Shown in pieces: positions 25,886-39,543 of a stretch of 64,000 nucleotides of DNA. Below the pieces are notes generated by a model. The model had not been told where the DNA came from, searched no databases, and saw only the letters and a list, made by a program, of their open reading frames with translations. Origin of the DNA: Eledone cirrhosa (Eukaryota); the NCBI GenBank assembly GCA_964016885.1, contig OZ024740.1, positions 334,366,001 to 334,430,000 on the forward strand, written 5' to 3'. Position 1 is the first letter of the stretch. Every line of letters begins with the position of its first letter. The position numbers were made by a program, and so were the translations under genes.

Positions 25886-25893
<8 letters not shown>
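25792..25893. repeat. Near-perfect palindrome centred on TGCGCA (family of 57180-57609)
   Basis: ataatataagatcaaaaga...ttattaTGCGCAtaataa...tcttttgatcttatattat. Confidence 0.9.
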
Positions 25894-25973
<80 letters not shown>

Positions 25974-26016
25974 ATATATATATATTTACTGGAGATGTAG
26001 CACTCGTCACAACAAA

Positions 26017-26123
<107 letters not shown>

Positions 26124-26845
26124 GGTAGTATAAGTTAGGTGGAACTATGCAAGTGTAAGAGCAATCAGTCCACGAGTTTAGTATAAATATATCCAAAGGT
26201 GACATAAGTTTCGCTTGGTTAAATACCTGTTTAAGCCACTGTTTTAATTGTATATATGTATGTGCGTGTGTGTGTGCATGTTATGTATGTGCATGTGTGT
26301 GTGCATGTGTGAATGAGTGTGTGTGTGTGTATGTGCGTGTGTGTTGGGGGGGGGGGGTATGTGTGCATGTGCGTGTTCGCGTATGTATATATTGTGTGGT
26401 ATCGAATTCGAAGTGTGTTCCATTAATAAATGTATGCTACATTGATGGACGTCTAACCTAAACAAGGTTTTGTAGAAACGTCAGACATTCTGGTACCTCA
26501 CATACAAAACCAATATTGCTTAATATGTCCCTCGCTGATGGCTATATAAATATCTGTGCGATTTGTATGTGAAATTTATAAATCATGGTTAAACATTGGA
26601 TAATTTGAACGGGGAGGTAAACATATCGTATATATTTGTTCCAAATATACACACTCAAACCGAAAGAAATAGTAAGGAATGCATATTTTAATTCAGTACA
26701 TGAATATTTAGCTATTGTTAATGCTGCCAAGACCAGATACATACACATTCATATAGAAATACATGTACATTCCTGCTAAATATATACACACTCATACACA
26801 TACACGCACAAATACACACACACATACACAAACGCACACCTATGA

Positions 26846-26941
<96 letters not shown>

Positions 26942-26965
26942 ATAAAGAATGTGAGAAGTGAGAAA

Positions 26966-27019
<54 letters not shown>

Positions 27020-27104
27020 AAAAGAGAACGATCGTAAACAAAGACTTTGAACTATATTTTACGTATAGATATTATATTTCCACTCTTGTGGTCACTGGTA
27101 CTTA

Positions 27105-27248
27105 CAGCATAGTGTTACGGTCTTTACAGTCTGAGTTCAATTCCTGCCGAGGTCAACTTTGCCTTTCATCCTTACGGGGTCGATAAAATAAAGTAACAGT
27201 AATGCACTGGGTAATTGCTGGCTTTGTGCCAAACGTAGAAACAATTAT
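27105..27248 (+). mobile_element. SINE A, 5'-truncated
   Basis: Consensus match. Confidence 0.8.
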
Positions 27249-28593
27249 ATAAGTTTACGGATTCTATGCGATAATTTGAATCGCTTCATATTGTGTGAAT
27301 ATTTAAAAGTTGAAATATTTTAAACATCCAGCACTCTACAGAAATAGTCTTGTAGAATATCCTATCTGTATTTGCCCCAGAAAATATAATATCTTCAGTA
27401 AAAATAATAGGAGTTAATCAGATATGATATAGGTTATTTCTTCTGTAATGTATATCAATTACGGAGAAAGACAATGTTAGAAGAATATTTCACACTTCTT
27501 GAGCACTATTTTATAAATATCTGATCTGATATATTTAATTAAATTTACGTATTTGTTGCTAGGAAACGATTGATGTTCTACGCTGTCCTAGAAGCCTATG
27601 AATGTCAATATTTTGAATAATTTTCGGTAGCTATAGATGTTCAATAATTGAAAAATCAATCATTTATATGGTTAATAAAATGGTGTGGATTGAAATAAAA
27701 TAGATATTTTAAGTTCAAGTGAAATGTAAATAGCTGGCTGCCTATTCTACTTTGTATTGCTATAGATATTTTAAAAGATTTTCCACTCATCTATTTTTGG
27801 TTTGTGTGAAATAAAATATCTCTCTCTAATATAGATACAATACACTATTATTCAAAACTGATTTCCGTAATAAGCCATCTTTTATTTTGAACGTGAAAAA
27901 ACCAATATTCTCATATATCATTTTTTTTTTTGGGCGATAAAAATATCAAACTATACATAGTAAAATAATGTCAGGAAGAGAATTAGAATCGTGGAAATAT
28001 TTCATCAAAACTTATGTTATTATATTACATGGAATGCAGTAAGGCGTAATCCCTGAGTAGAGACAAGCAAATAAATGCACATTTGAGACTAGCGAGTTCA
28101 GCAACCTTAGTAATACCATTCTACATACATGTACATCACATATTACAATTTATGATGTGATCTACAGCGTATAACCCCCTCATATGTAATACAGAACGTA
28201 ATAGATATGTCAGTCGATGTCTTATCTCATACTAGAATTCCGGCAAACTAGGAACGAAATGTTCATATCCTATTGCAGACATCGTGTTCTTTTCAAGTTT
28301 CTAAACATTTCTGTTTAATATACTTCGTCTTAACCAGTTATTACATCTAGTATACTTAAACATCGAGTGTGAAAGCAAATTGAATAGCGCTTTTTATAGA
28401 AGCCAGAGTTTCCGCCCACTCCTGTATTCTTTGGAGACAGGGATGTAAAGAATGCATATATTTCATAATTTTCATGTCAATTACAACTGCATATGATAAA
28501 GATCATATCACATATGCTCGTTAATTAACACCAATTAAAATGATGCATCTTTTACGTATATGTCCGTTGTGATATATATCGGCATTTATCTGA

Positions 28594-28680
28594 TATGTTC
28601 ATATCACTCTTTAAAGCTTAAAAGCTGTAATATCATCATGATATTACAGCTTTTAAGCTTTAAAGAGTGATATGAACATA
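28594..28680. repeat. Perfect 87-bp palindrome
   Basis: tatgttcatatcactctttaaagcttaaaagctgtaatatcat-c-atgatattacagcttttaagctttaaagagtgatatgaacata. Confidence 0.95.
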
Positions 28681-29261
28681 AATCACAAGCTACATAAAGA
28701 AGATTAGTTTCAGTAATTTAAGAACAAGACGGGAGACATCATGTGTGCAGGTAAATTGAACAACGCTTTGTATATAACCAGAATCCACCCTGTAATTAGT
28801 TGATTTCTATTCAAGCCCGACACATTATTTTGTTGATCACTTTCTGGTGCGATTAAATATGAAATCGATCTCTACAAAATTTAAACTCAAAAAGAAAAGC
28901 GAGGTAATTAAATACCACAAGAATCTTTCACAAACGTTTCAATGATCATCACAACTCACCACCTACTGGATACATGAAAAGGTTATAAATAATGTATATG
29001 TATATACATTATTTATAACCTTTTCAGATATTCATTCGTTTCAAAAGCCTAAATGCTATGTAACGTTCAAAAGCCCGAATGCTATGTAACGTTGCCCTTA
29101 TCAATAAGAGTATAATGTGGCATTTTACAGGAACAACATAAATATACCATTAGTTCTGTCTTGGCATCATTTAGATTCATATTACATTGCAGGATATTAT
29201 TTAGCTGAATCCATTTTTATACATACCCTCATGCAAGCAGACACCCACAATACCTCATATG

Positions 29262-29350
<89 letters not shown>

Positions 29351-29385
29351 AGAAAATATCCCATATTTATACATTTATACATACA

Positions 29386-29421
<36 letters not shown>

Positions 29422-29524
29422 TGTATGTGTGTATTGCTCTCTTTGTTTCGTACACGCACATACACACATAAATGGGTGGGTATGTATGTGCATATGTATG
29501 TCTGTCTATATATATATATATATA

Positions 29525-29563
<39 letters not shown>

Positions 29564-30403
29564 TGCGTGTGTGTGTATGTGTTTGTGTGTGTGCGTGTGT
29601 GTGTGTGTCTGTGTACATGTATGTAGGTATGATACGTGTATGTAGGTATGCATGTCTTTATGTATGCATATATGCATGAATGCATATATGTGTGTATATG
29701 TGTTGTAACCTAGATGTCTATATTTCAGGAACGGAAGTGTAGGGAAATATATGACATAATATTTATGATTGTATACATTCATGGTATATCAACTTTTAGG
29801 TTTATATCAGCATATTAAATACACATCAGTGCTGAACGTAGAAATTATAGAAGACGTATGCTGATCCGCTTGGCCAAAAATCAATTTAAAGAAGTTAAGA
29901 TATAGTCTGCCTGACGAGGAAATAATTGTAATATTGCTTGAAGATCCTTTCTTGAAGACGAGATATGCAAGAAACATTATATTTTTCTTCTTCTCAAGGC
30001 GCAGTAATCTAATCTGGTCTTTGTTTAACTTTGTCTTTATTACTCCCATGCTAAAAATAAGAAATAAACTACTTTCAAACTAAAATGTTTGGCGGTAATA
30101 TATATTCTACGTACGTTATATATATATACGCTTACTCCCGTTTATGCTCTAAATATTTATTGTGAAGTTAGAAATGTCAATAATTAGAAAGCAATGCCAT
30201 TGAATAGCTAACACTTTAAATCTTCATAAAAATATTCTTACCATATTTCAACAATGCATGTTGAAACAAAGAACCGAGAATTAGGTATTAATACGTTCAA
30301 ACCTAAGATTGTATTAATAGGAGTAACTATAGAGTATAAATAATTTCCAAATATTGATAATGATAAGCGATGAGTTATGACAAACACGCAATCTTCGCGG
30401 GGA

Positions 30404-30438
<35 letters not shown>

Positions 30439-30441
<3 letters not shown>

Positions 30442-30730
30442 GGTCCGCGCTACGATATAGCAAACTAGGCAGCCGTCTAAGGCGCTGATTTCAGGGGGCA
30501 TTTCTCCAAAGCAACAATTTTGAAAAATAAATACATAAATAAATTTCAGTTTTATTGAGGGTCGGTTTTTATACTGTCATATTTCATACAGAGACAAATG
30601 GATGTTGAAAAAAATTATTTAAAAATGTATTGTTTATAAATTTTAAATTCATATTTTCCCATGGGAAAGTAGGATGGTGCTGGCGGCAGAATGTAAACTT
30701 GTCTAGGATACCAGATAGTATGGAACTGGC

Positions 30731-30733
<3 letters not shown>
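30439..30733. mobile_element. Possible MITE inserted in (TA)n
   Basis: Imperfect termini cagggtccg...ctggctctg with subterminal ctaggcag / cttgtctag; TA repeats on both sides. Confidence 0.35.
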
Positions 30734-30793
<60 letters not shown>

Positions 30794-31789
30794 ATAATAA
30801 TAAAATTGAAGACTAAAATCCAAAGAGGGCTAGATAAGGATAAATATATATCAAATATATAAGAACCGTAGAGCAAATATTTATTAAAATAACAGATTAA
30901 AGTTTAAGCAAAGAATCGCTGCTTTCACCCTTAACGGGATCTTCTGAAACTAACAAAGTCAATCTGTAAACGCAGAACTGGATATTTAAAAAAACGTTGC
31001 AACCGGAGGAAGACAGGAAGACGATACTTTGGTTCGTGGTAACGTTCGCTGGCAAAGAACGGGAAAAAACGAATAATACGTCATTAATAGGAGCGGTGAA
31101 AAACAATTACGCGCAAAGACGGAACCACGTTTATTGTATAAAAGAGGTCGTAGACTAAGGTGGTGCATAGAGACGTTCTCTGGCAATGAACGAAAAAACG
31201 AAGATAATAAGTCATATGTGGAGCGTGGAGAACAATAGCACGCAAAGACAAAACCACGTAAATGGTATAGCAGAAGTCGTAGACTAAAATTCTTACTAGG
31301 AGACCAAATGAATCTCCGCTACAGAGTTAAGAACAAAGTAAATAAATACAATACAGAAGTTACAGAAACAAATAAATACATACACGCAAACAGATACCTA
31401 CATACACAAGCATACGCAAAACCTTACCATAGGTATACAAAACCACGCACATATAAATATGTGTGTGTGTGTATGCTTGTGTACAAATAAATAAATAATT
31501 ATATAAACGTATATAAGTAAATAAATACGTATATAACAAGCGCACACGCATACCTACATATAGATACACGAATGTTTGGAGACGTAAGTCAACTAAAACC
31601 AAAAGTACACATATACACACACCCACCATACGTACGAACCTGCATACTCACGCAGACGCAAAACTCCCGAATACACATAGCCAAACCCTAAATACCAGAA
31701 TATGTAAAAATTATACGCCATAACAGTCAAATGTAGCATCTACCAATAACGAGATGTATGTATAAATACCAGAACTTAATATGACACCT

Positions 31790-31840
31790 AGCTTCCTGAA
31801 GATTTCATCTAAATGAAACAGTACTAGTCCTGTAGAAGCT
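31790..31840 (+). ncRNA. Type I hammerhead ribozyme
   Basis: agcttc-CTGAAGA-tttcatctaaat-GAAA-cag(tactagtc)ctg-TA-gaagct. Confidence 0.8.
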
Positions 31841-31972
31841 CCTTCTATAAAATAAAAATGTTTTACTCTGCCATGTATTGAGTACCTTACTTACTGTGGT
31901 TATCCCCGACTCAACCCGGGACCTACGTATCCAAGCACACCCTAGTGCCCTTATAACCATCCTCAAGAAAAT

Positions 31973-32116
31973 ATGCTAACAAGAATCGACCTCAATACCT
32001 CCTTGAAGAACATTCCTATCCCACCAAGGAAACAGTACCTAAAAACCCTCATTAGACGGACTGATGAATTCATCAAACGAATTAGATGGAGATCGTTCTT
32101 TTTCGACCACCCTGAT
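31973..32116 (+). pseudogene. N-terminus of a Naiad-like PLE RT ORF (truncated)
   Basis: MLTRIDLNTSLKNIPIPPRKQYLKTLIRRTDEFIKRIRWRSFFFDHPD; SxKNIPIP..Y...LI....F.KR.RW motif. Confidence 0.75.
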
Positions 32117-32173
32117 GTAGCATCTACCAATAACGAGATGTATGTATAAATACCAGAACTTAATATGACACCC

Positions 32174-32224
32174 AGCTTCCTGAAGATTTCATCTGAATGA
32201 AACAGTACTAGTCCTGTAGAAGCT
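32174..32224 (+). ncRNA. Type I hammerhead ribozyme
   Basis: agcttc-CTGAAGA-t-ttc(atct)gaa-t-GAAA-cag(tactagtc)ctg-TA-gaagct. Confidence 0.85.
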
Positions 32225-32241
32225 CCTGCTATAAAATAAAA

Positions 32242-32304
<63 letters not shown>

Positions 32305-32349
32305 TATATGGAGGAGGTTATAGTTCCCTTGAAGCATTGTGTAATGAGG

Positions 32350-33014
32350 TGTAAACGTTTGTATATGTATAATAAAGCCCAAACAATGCAGGTATGGACA
32401 TAGAATAAAGAATGCAAATGCAAAAGATATTGTTGACAATTAGTCTTTTACCTTAGATGTATTTAAATGTCCTTAATTTTCGAGATAATATCTCATGACT
32501 GTTTAAGTGTGTGGGAGAATGCATGAAGGTGTAAGTATGTGAGTGTGTGTGTGTGAGTGTGAGAAGATATGTCTATACGTAAATGTGGGGGATAGATGTT
32601 ATCTCGTGTTAGAACTGGGCTTTGTGTGTGTATGTGTGAGAGAGAATAAGTGGAGGTGTAAGCGTGTGTGTGTGTGTGTTCGTGTGTGTGTGCGTGTTTG
32701 TGTGTGTGGGGTGTGTGTAAATATGGGGCTAGAAGCTCTATCAAGTTATAAATTGGTTGTTGAGTTCTAGTCTATTATTGATTGGTGGTTGAGTTTTGTC
32801 TATAAGTAGTGCTTCATTAATTCTAAGATTGCCGAGGTTTCTTTCCTTAGTTTCTATCCTAACTGTTATGGTTTTGTCGGTGTTTTTTGCATTTAACTAG
32901 TTACAACCACCAATCAATAATAGACTAGAACTTAACACCCAATTTATAACTTGATAGAGCTTCTAGCCCCATATTTACAACCCCCCCCCCCCCACACACA
33001 CACGCGCACACACA

Positions 33015-33064
<50 letters not shown>

Positions 33065-33505
33065 TACACCTCCACTTATTCTCTCTCACACATACACACA
33101 ACACGAGATAACATCTATCCCCAACATTTACGTATAGACATTTCTTCTCACACTCACATACTTACACCTTCATGCATTCTCCCACACACTTAAACAGGCA
33201 TGTACAAAGAAAAAAACCCTTTTAAAGGGAGACTACTCTTTATCCACCTAATCTTAACTCTTTGACATTAGAGATAGAACAGATACTCTATACCATTTCC
33301 TGTCAGCATGCCTTGGCAAGCTATTTAGAACACTGGTTTAACCGCTTTACTTCCTTCCGAAGAAGAGATATTATCTCGAAAATTAAGGACATTTAAATAA
33401 ATCTAAGGTAAAAGACTAATTGTCAACAATATCTTTTGCATTTGCATTCTTTATTCTATGTCCATACCTGCATTGTTTTGGCTTTATTATACATATACAA
33501 ACGTT
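32350..33505. mobile_element. PLE 3' fragment with large inverted duplication; GIY-YIG C-terminus on the minus strand at ~32740-32900
   Basis: Minus strand KCKNTDKTITVRIETKERNLGNLRINEALLIDKTQPPINNRLE; 32350-32795 is inverse to 32903-33505; HHR-like cctt-CCGAAGA-agagat(att)atctc-GAAA-att-aagg at 33353-33388. Confidence 0.7.
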
Positions 33506-34204
33506 TATATATATATATATATGTGTGTGTGTGTTGGCGTGTGTGTATTTATATATTTATGCTTGTGTCTGCCTGTCTGTGGTTCGTGTGTGTCTCGTGT
33601 GTGTGTGTCGGACGCAGGAAAATACCTGTGAGCAGAGCTTCAGAAGATTAGGGAAAATATCTGACCAGAAGCCGCGAAAGATCATCGAGCTCTCTACATC
33701 TCAAATTCTGGCTGAAATTTGGTTGCATGTAGCTATTCTAATATTGACACTGTTTGAAAACCTTAAGCATAGGTATAGGAAATAATTTATACAAAAATAT
33801 ATATCCATTATATATTACTGGGTCTGAAAATATACATCGGGACTGAAAGCGCCAAGAAATGAGACAAATTAGTCTTCAATGAATAACGACACTTCAACAC
33901 TCTTCTGAAAAACGCAATCGCACTGCAGAGAGAGGATGTTAGAGAAAAGCGAAGCAGAAGATGAATAATATCTTGATTAATATTCAAATGAAACTGTACC
34001 ACGTCAAAGAAAATACTTGGATAGGTGTTATCAAACTGAGGCCTGGATTTAAAATAAATTACAATATTGTTGCTTGTTCACTACTGTTGACACAAACAAA
34101 TCGTTAGCACCTGTCATTATGAATAGAGCAGAAGTTAAGAAATAAATGTATCTCCATTTCGCTCATAATTAGAAATATATAATTATATAGACACAGATGC
34201 ACAC

Positions 34205-34287
<83 letters not shown>

Positions 34288-34289
34288 AA

Positions 34290-35472
34290 TTGATGGAACT
34301 AGCATGGGTTTCACTGCTAGTTCCGGTTGCATCTCAGCATACTCAATAGGTAATGTTATGTAAACTTCCAGAGGAGACACATAGTTATTTGCTTCAATAC
34401 AACACACGTAAACGGGTACCTTCAATCTATACCCGTACTAGAGTTTCGGCCACACTTAATGCAGCAATAGAGTGCACAGCATCCACTGTCTGCATTTATT
34501 ACGCAACAATGCGCAATCGGCGCAAATGGCTTCGTTATCGGGTTTCGCCTAATCAATAACAAATAGATCGAAATAATTCGATTACACTCCGTGTCGGCTA
34601 TGACTGAATATGACACGAAACAGAATAAAACTTTAGCAACTGAAATCCCTAGGCTTCATCATAATGCCATCAACCGATGTCTTTCCGGTTCAGAAATTTA
34701 CGTGACGCCAGGAGACGAAATTCAATGGCTCATTTTATGGCTCCTGCCATAAGCAATCAGCCACCGAATCTCAAACACAAGCGAGTGAAGAATCGGTTAT
34801 TAGAAAAAAAATCAGTCTCCAATCGCTGTACAATAGAATATACCATTCTGGTCCAATCAGCAAGTCCAATAGCGAAAATAGTGCGACAGTAACATTCGTA
34901 GTGCCTAAAACCTTTCCGGACATTAAATGCCAACAGTCGATTGGACAGCGATATAGAGCTAGCGCACTGGTCAGAATTCGAATTCCAGATATTTCGACCA
35001 ACCACGTGTGTAAACCAGTCAATTTCTTAACATGGACATTTCAACATATGAGTGAGAGAGAAATATAGAACAGGTATTAAAGCGTATATTAAACAAAACA
35101 AAATAAAAAATGTGGAAAATTGTTCAACTTACTCTCATTGACCATGTGCTAGTTGGGAGAAAATAATAATATGTTGACAGAAGTAGCATGGATTTCACTG
35201 CTAGTATCGGTTGCATCTCTGCGTACTCAATATGTAATGTTATGTAAACTTCCAGAGTAGACACATAGTTATTCGCTTGAATACAACACACGTAAATCTA
35301 TACTCGTACTCGAGGTTCGGCCACACTTTATGCAGCAATAGAATTTACAGCAACCACTGTCGGCATTTATCATGTAAGAATGCACAATTGGCGCATGTGG
35401 CTTCATCAGCGGTTTTCACCTCATCAGCAAACAATCGATCGACAAAAATTCGATTCCAGTCCGTGTCGTCTA
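34290..35472 (-). pseudogene. Two diverged copies (34290-34605, 35175-35472) of a decayed Cys/Trp-rich coding segment
   Basis: Both copies give similar peptides with stops/frameshifts: ...EA(I/T)CA(D/N)CA(L/F)L..KCRQW(M/L)L..LLLH.VWP.L.Y.YR...; identity uncertain. Confidence 0.45.
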
Positions 35473-35567
35473 AATATATATATGTGTGGGGGGGGGGGGT
35501 TGTGTGTGTGTGTGTGTGTGTGCGTGTGTGTGTGTGCGCGTGTGTGTAAAAATATATATATATATGG

Positions 35568-36236
35568 GCTAAAGCAATAGGCATTGATGAATTACGGAAA
35601 CAGAAACAAATTCAAGGTACGTCCAATATTCTATCATATATCTCAACACACAACCCAAGAAATGCGGAAGCTTACAACACTATTCACAATAACATGCCAC
35701 TACTAAAACAAAACCCAAGAATGAAAAAAGCCCTTGAAACACACAAAATAATCAAAAGCAAAAGACAACCAAAATCACTGAAAACATTACTCACCAATGC
35801 CAAATTACCTACCACAAACCCACAACCAAGTATCAAAAAATGTGGTCGCTCTAATTGTGGAACCTGCACTCACCTCATTGAAGGCAACACGTATACATTT
35901 AAATCAGGACAAAATTTTACTGTAAAAAATCACTTCACTTGCTCATCAAAAAATCTAATTTATGCCATTAAATGTAAAGGATGCAATGAAGATTATATAG
36001 GACAAACTAAACTCACACTCAGAAACAGAATGACAGTTCATCGCCAACAATTACGAGATCCAACCACGAGACAGATATCACTAAGTGCACATCTAGACAT
36101 TTGCGCAAGTAATAAGACACCCACATTCCAAGTCTTCCCATTTTACCTTTGCGCTAACAACACAACAGAACAAATGCGAATAAATAAGGAAAATATGTTT
36201 ATTCAAAAATATAGACCAACATTAAATAAGGTTTAA
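35568..36236 (+). CDS. PLE linker (CxxxxCxxC) plus GIY-YIG endonuclease domain
   Basis: KCGRSNCGTCTHL...FTCSSKNLIYAIKCKGCNEDYIGQTKLTLRNRMTVHR...KENMFIQKYRPTLN; the frame stays open upstream to 35568. Confidence 0.92.
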   Translation, partial: AKAIGIDELRKQKQIQGTSNILSYISTHNPRNAEAYNTIHNNMPLLKQNPRMKKALETHKIIKSKRQPKSLKTLLTNAKLPTTNPQPSIKKCGRSNCGTCTHLIEGNTYTFKSGQNFTVKNHFTCSSKNLIYAIKCKGCNEDYIGQTKLTLRNRMTVHRQQLRDPTTRQISLSAHLDICASNKTPTFQVFPFYLCANNTTEQMRINKENMFIQKYRPTLNKV

Positions 36237-36720
36237 TATACATTATGTCAACACCACAATATGACATACACACACACACACACACACATAACACCTTCTA
36301 CTTTAGAAAATAAAAGCCCGAACTAAATAAACCTTAACATACGTTTGCACTGGCAATACAACAGCAAACACGAAAAAGTAAGGAAAATATGTTCATTCAA
36401 AAATATCCCTACTAAAGGAATCACTTTCCTACACACACACATACACACACACACAATATATATATATTCTCTTCATCTTAACATGCTAACCATATTCCCA
36501 CACACATAACACCCATACACACACATAACAACCCCCACACCTACAACTCCTTCCCCATTTCTACTAATAGAACCACTTTCCTACACACATATATATATAC
36601 ACACACACAACAAATATATATTCTCTCCATCTTAACATACTCGCACACACACACATAACACCCATACACACACACACACACAACTCCCTCCCCCATCTCT
36701 ACTAATAGAATCATCTTCCA

Positions 36721-36769
<49 letters not shown>

Positions 36770-37261
36770 AGCACACAAATAAACATACATATCTTCACTT
36801 CAATAGAAAATCTGAACTCTGACACCCCGGCGAGCTGGACATATTCACTGAACCAGAACATTTCTCCCAATCACTTTTCTCTTGACCACTATCTCTCCAT
36901 TGTCATAACATTCACTATAAAGACTACAGAATAGTTTTCCAAATAAGGACGCAAAAATGTAATGAAAACTTGTTCACGTGACAGCCAAATTTCATTTATA
37001 ACCAACCCCAAAAAAGCCTTCGTGAGCCTCCTTTTTTCAAGTAAAAAGAAATTCAAACACTCATATATGAAAAAACAAACTCTCTTATTTGAAGAACTAT
37101 TGTAACGCGAACTGGCGTGAAATTTATTATAATTATTGACAAACCAATCAAATTACTTCTCGAAAAACCTGGCATTTCGAGCCACTTTTTCCATATAAAA
37201 CAAGTAACATTCAGAGACCAACGAGATGTGAGAAAAACCACAGACCCTCCATCTCAACTCA

Positions 37262-37299
37262 CCTTTTGAAAAGCAGAAGAACTGCGAAACCGGTAAAGG
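37262..37299 (+). ncRNA. Minimal hammerhead ribozyme (U3-A8 variant), sense to the PLE ORF
   Basis: cctt-TTGAAAA-gcag(aagaa)ctgc-GAAA-ccgg-TA-aagg. Confidence 0.8.
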
Positions 37300-37368
37300 A
37301 ACCAAATAAATATATATATTTAAAAAAAAAATAAGACTCCAGTTGCATTTTTGATTTCATCTCTTTTT

Positions 37369-37418
<50 letters not shown>

Positions 37419-38052
37419 TGTTCACTAATTTCTATGTAATGAATCTGATACTATAAAACTAACTCATTAAGCAAGCTGTATTTCGGTTTACATTGATGAA
37501 ACAATTATACTAAATAAAACTATTGTTATTGTTCTCGGTGCGAGGATTCCTTGTTAATGCTATTACTTTTTTCTTTCTTTTTGTATTGTGTGATATATTT
37601 ACTATTGTGTTTGTTGTATGAACACATTTCAAGTTAGTAATCCCAAGCGGATAATTTCGCTCGTTTTTAGCGTGAGAGTTTTCATGTGAATAGAAATGAA
37701 ACAGATATGGATATTTGAGTGAATACATATTTAGAAAGTTGCTCATTGTGAAATTTAATCATATCATTGATTAATTACATTTGTGAACATGAAAAGAGCG
37801 CAATTTTCTAATCTAACGAGCATTGTGTGAACATATATGGAAAATATCACTGTACATTCTCAATGAGTCTATATATATATACAGCGAACGCACTAGAGAT
37901 GAAAATATATTAGAAGCTATTATTTCATACTATTTATCTATACATACCTATCATGCTATTAAATCTTCGAAACGCCCACCGAAATTGTCTGTTATATTTA
38001 TCTATCACCATTTTCATATATGTACATGTAACTATAATTTTGCATCCCCGAC

Positions 38053-38096
<44 letters not shown>

Positions 38097-38136
38097 TTTA
38101 TCTCTTATATTTATATATATTTTATATATATGTGAA

Positions 38137-38696
<560 letters not shown>

Positions 38697-38838
38697 GGGG
38701 TAACAAATTATTGTTATATGTAGTCCACTTAGGTGTAGTCCAGTTATGGTACTCCGGGTAGTGGATGATATCGACGCTATCCAGTAATGAGATTAAAAAC
38801 CTTTTTTGTATAGCAAACCGTGTCACTCTTCTTTCCTG

Positions 38839-38875
<37 letters not shown>

Positions 38876-39447
38876 CTGACTATATATATATATATATATA
38901 TATAAAATCTGACTATATATATATATGTGGTACGTCTGTATACATATATGCGTGTACATACTTATATTTAAGTAACAGCCGTACTAAGAGTGGGAAATGA
39001 AATTTGGTTTCATTTTTTCCGTTTATATATACATTCATTTGATCTAATGATTTATTGATTTTTTATCTGAGTGTCCCGAATCTTCCAGATCGCAATTTTT
39101 CGGTTGTATGGTTGATTATAGACTTGTTCTATGTGTGACGGTATTTTAACGATAGTTATAGCTCTGATTTATCTAAATTATTGAGCCCTCTGCCGCTCAT
39201 ATCGAATTTTGTTTATCGTGAACTCGTGCGCCGATTTGTTGATACTTGATTATTCTACTATATATATATATATATATATTGACTATATATATATATACAT
39301 ACATATACATATATATATATATAATTAGTGTTGGATACTTAAAGCGTCCGTATGCGGTAGGCCGTATAAGCCCTCAATGCCCTCATAGAGCAGAGTATGA
39401 TATCACAGAAAAAATAGAATCAGTGTTGCGACGAAAGGAATTTATTG

Positions 39448-39543
39448 GACATATTCCAAATGTTTCTCGGGCTATCAGCTCGAGGCAAGATCGATATGTT
39501 GATCATTCCTGACTCTTAAATCAACACGGTCGTCAGATATGTC
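39448..39543 (-). ncRNA. Hammerhead ribozyme copy with a mutated cleavage triplet
   Basis: Minus strand: gacatat-CTGACGA-...-GAAA-catttg-GA-atatgtc. Confidence 0.55.

Larger units (their letters stand above)
31733..32245 (+). mobile_element. Naiad-like PLE: pLTR - ORF start - pLTR partial tandem (384-bp period)
   Basis: gtagcatctaccaataacgagatg at 31733 and 32117, with ribozymes at 31790 and 32174. Confidence 0.8.
35566..37372 (+). mobile_element. 5'-truncated Neptune-like Penelope element
   Basis: Inserted in (TA)n; linker + GIY-YIG ORF, CA-rich 3'UTR, pLTR with hammerhead. Confidence 0.85.

Noticed and set aside
29807-30065. 80-aa minus-strand ORF behind a good splice acceptor (tttcttatttttag)
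   Set aside because: No recognisable domain and no partner exon found; may be a non-coding exon.
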